DNA of 63,908 nucleotides, the filler included. It is 7 parts of 7 records of this genome, joined end to end, with 100 filler letters (N's around TTAATTAATTAA, not from the genome) between each part and the next. Parts side by side here need not be neighbours in the genome. Positions count along the whole stretch, not along the records: positions 58,897 to 63,908 come from SRR31156797_41783; 6 more parts are not named here. One strand, written 5' to 3'. Position 1 is the stretch's first letter. Each line of letters opens with the position of its first letter. The notes beneath the pieces were generated by a model. That model ran no database searches, had not been told where the DNA came from, and was given only the letters and a program-made list of their open reading frames with translations. A program made the translations under genes and the position numbers. Of this stretch, positions 61,538-63,908 are shown piece after piece.

Positions 61538-62832
61538 TGGAAATCCTGCTTATATTCTTCCTGTTGCTTGTATGCCTGCTGTTCCTCGGGTTGCCGGCGG
61601 GTTACTCGATCGCCGTTACGTCCATTGTCGCCCTCGTCATCAAGTGGGGCTATGACGTGCTTTCATTCGGGCTGATCGCGCAGATGCTCGTTTACGGCGT
61701 CAATAATTTCCCGATCCTCGCCGTGCCTCTGTTTCTGTTGACCGGCGCGATCATGAACCATGGCGGAATATCCGATCGTATTTTCGAATTCGCAAACGCG
61801 CTTGTCGGACATATCCGAGGCGGGCTGGCCCATGTCAACGTGCTGGCGAGTTTCATTTTCTCGGGCATGTCCGGCGCCGCGGCGGCTGATGTCGCGGGAC
61901 TGGGTCAGATCGAAATCCGTGCCATGGAGCGTGCGGGTTATGACAAGGATTTTGCCTGCGCCGTGACCGGCGCTTCGGCAACCATCGGCCCTGTCGTGCC
62001 GCCCAGCATCCCGCTTATTCTTTACGGCGTAATCGCAAATGCCTCCGTAACCAAGCTATTCATCGGCGGGCTCGTGCCCGGCATAATGATGGTGCTGGCC
62101 CTGATGGCTCTTTGTGCCCTGATCGCCAAGCGGCGGGCCTATCCGAAGGGAGATCGGTTCCGCCTTTCGGTTCTTGGAAAGTCCTTCCGCCGGGCGTTTT
62201 TCCCATTGATGACACCCGTCATCATCATCGGCGGCATCTGGTCGGGTATTTTCACGCCGACCGAGGCCGCCAGCGTCGCGGCGGTCTATTCAATCTTTCT
62301 CGGCCTGGTGGTTTACAGGGAGATCAACTTTCGGAAGCTGACCGAGATATTCAGGGATGTTTCTTACAATTCCGCCGCAATCCTTTTCATTCTTGCGACG
62401 GCGATGATCTACAACAACGCCCTGACCCGAACCCAAGCCCCGCAGTACGTCACCGATTTCCTATTCTCATTCAGTCAGGAAACGATCGTCGTTCTGATCC
62501 TTCTGAATGTCGTCCTGTTCATTGCCGGGATGTTCATGTCCACGGCCGAAACGATCCTTTTGTTGACACCTCTGATCGCACCGCTGCTTCCGCAGTTTGG
62601 GATCGACCCGGTGCATTTCGGCATTCTTATGATCTTGAACCTGATGATCGGGCAATTGACGCCACCGTTCGGCATTGTGCTCTATGTGCTGGCGCGGATC
62701 GGGGATATCGAGTTCGATCGGGTGGTAAAAGCATTGGTCCCATTTTATGTGCCGATCTTCGTGGTTCTGATTTTGTGCCTGTTCTTCCCGCCGCTTGTGA
62801 CATATCTGCCGGAACTGGTGTTCTCGAAATAG
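61534..62832 (+). CDS. dctM: TRAP transporter large permease
   Basis: LAVPLFLLTG, GGLAHVNV, FSGMSGAAAAD, PPSIPLI, FTPTEAA, GIDPVHFG, TPPFG motifs. Confidence 0.96.
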   Translation: MMEILLIFFLLLVCLLFLGLPAGYSIAVTSIVALVIKWGYDVLSFGLIAQMLVYGVNNFPILAVPLFLLTGAIMNHGGISDRIFEFANALVGHIRGGLAHVNVLASFIFSGMSGAAAADVAGLGQIEIRAMERAGYDKDFACAVTGASATIGPVVPPSIPLILYGVIANASVTKLFIGGLVPGIMMVLALMALCALIAKRRAYPKGDRFRLSVLGKSFRRAFFPLMTPVIIIGGIWSGIFTPTEAASVAAVYSIFLGLVVYREINFRKLTEIFRDVSYNSAAILFILATAMIYNNALTRTQAPQYVTDFLFSFSQETIVVLILLNVVLFIAGMFMSTAETILLLTPLIAPLLPQFGIDPVHFGILMILNLMIGQLTPPFGIVLYVLARIGDIEFDRVVKALVPFYVPIFVVLILCLFFPPLVTYLPELVFSK

Positions 62833-63109
62833 GCGGTTGCCGGCGGCCGTGGACCTTGTTACGCGCCGATAAGTTGAGGCGCGCACCCATTCATGCAAAC
62901 GCAGCGCAAAACCGGCATCGATATTTCTTCTGAATGATCGAAATCACGGCTTCCGGACGCGAACGGAAAGCATCCGGTTAATCCGTTTAACCCCCGACAT
63001 TTCGTTGTTCTGGGACGGACCCTATGCTAGATTTCGCCTTGCCTGAAGCCTCCGGGCGGTTCCCACTCCGGGTCCCGCCCGTCTTTGCAATAGCCTTAGA
63101 GAATTTCCG

Positions 63110-63908
63110 TTGAGCACAACACCCATCGCGACGCCTGAAATCGACATCTCCCCGGTAACCGTCGAAGACGAAATGCGCCGTTCGTACCTGGATTATGCCA
63201 TGAGCGTAATCGTCAGCCGGGCGCTGCCGGACGTCCGCGACGGCCTGAAGCCGGTGCACCGGCGGATCATCCATTCGATGAACGAGAACGGCTACGACTA
63301 CAACAAGCCGTACCGCAAGTCGGCCCGCATCGTCGGCGATGTCATGGGCAAATACCACCCGCACGGCGACCAGGCCATCTACGACGCCATGGTCCGCATG
63401 GCGCAGAGTTTCTCGATGCGCCTGCCGCTGATCGACGGCCAGGGCAATTTCGGCTCGATGGACGGCGACAAGGCCGCAGCCATGCGATACACCGAAGCCC
63501 GCATGGCCCGCGTCGCGCACGCGCTGATCGACGATATCGACAAGGATACGGTCGACTTCCGGCCCAATTACGACGAATCCGAACATGAACCGGTGGTCCT
63601 GCCGGCCCGCTACCCCAACCTGCTGGTCAACGGCGCCGGCGGCATCGCTGTCGGCATGGCGACCAACATTCCGCCGCACAACCTGAACGAGGTGATCGAC
63701 GCCTGTTGCGCCGTTCTCGATAATCCGGACGTATCCATCGACGAGTTGATCGATACCTGCATTTCCGGGCCGGACTTCCCGACCGGCGCCTCGATCCTGG
63801 GCCGGAACGGTATCCGGTCGGCCTATCACACCGGGCGCGGTTCCGTCGTCATGCGCGGCCGCACCGATATTCAGGAAATCCGCAAGGACCGCTTCGCCAT
63901 CATCATCA
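63110..63908 (+). CDS. gyrA: DNA gyrase subunit A (3' truncated; absent from the ORF track)
   Basis: Own translation from TTG 63110: [34 protein letters not shown]...[18 protein letters not shown]...GQGNFGS...AAMRYTEAR...[14 protein letters not shown]. Confidence 0.97.
   Translation, partial: MSTTPIATPEIDISPVTVEDEMRRSYLDYAMSVIVSRALPDVRDGLKPVHRRIIHSMNENGYDYNKPYRKSARIVGDVMGKYHPHGDQAIYDAMVRMAQSFSMRLPLIDGQGNFGSMDGDKAAAMRYTEARMARVAHALIDDIDKDTVDFRPNYDESEHEPVVLPARYPNLLVNGAGGIAVGMATNIPPHNLNEVIDACCAVLDNPDVSIDELIDTCISGPDFPTGASILGRNGIRSAYHTGRGSVVMRGRTDIQEIRKDRFAIII

Noticed and set aside
62987-63829. 280-aa minus-strand ORF
   Set aside because: Antisense shadow of gyrA, which the track missed because it has no stop codon in the window.

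Overview
The window is not one locus. It is seven unrelated contig fragments joined by six identical 100-nt spacers (N44-TTAATTAATTAA-N44); the taxon labels below are inferred from gene content and composition only. (1) 1-17556, Desulfovibrionaceae-like: an octaheme cytochrome-c-fused cytochrome bd-like oxidase pair, an MCP, coaX, eno, MATE/MerR, folD, a sigma28-type gene, PilZ, glpX and partial tkt. (2) 17657-22813, AT-rich Bacteroidota pectin cluster with two PL1-like lyases. (3) 22914-31398, GC-rich, Desulfobacterales-like: a sigma54 activator end, a TonB receptor and a three-gene split STAND/NLR-like module. (4) 31499-43537, Desulfobulbales-like: BigR/SqrR-YeeE, a sigma54 microprotein gene, an EF-hand gene divergent from cpxRA-like genes, a hybrid kinase and several decayed genes. 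(5) 43638-52941: a methionine cluster (DUF39 homocysteine synthase, NIL-ferredoxin, metF, split metH) plus polyamine catabolism. (6) 53042-58796, Bacteroidota GH3 plus a hybrid two-component system. (7) 58897-63908, alphaproteobacterial-like RraA/TRAP operon and partial gyrA. The best candidate for an undescribed system is at 22917-29378. A STAND NTPase that stops right after its winged-helix domain sits between two separately encoded sensor proteins (WD40 and TPR-like). Both sensors begin with the helical domain that normally follows the winged helix, suggesting an NLR split into one ATPase and two interchangeable sensors. All calls come from reading motifs by eye; no database searches were run.
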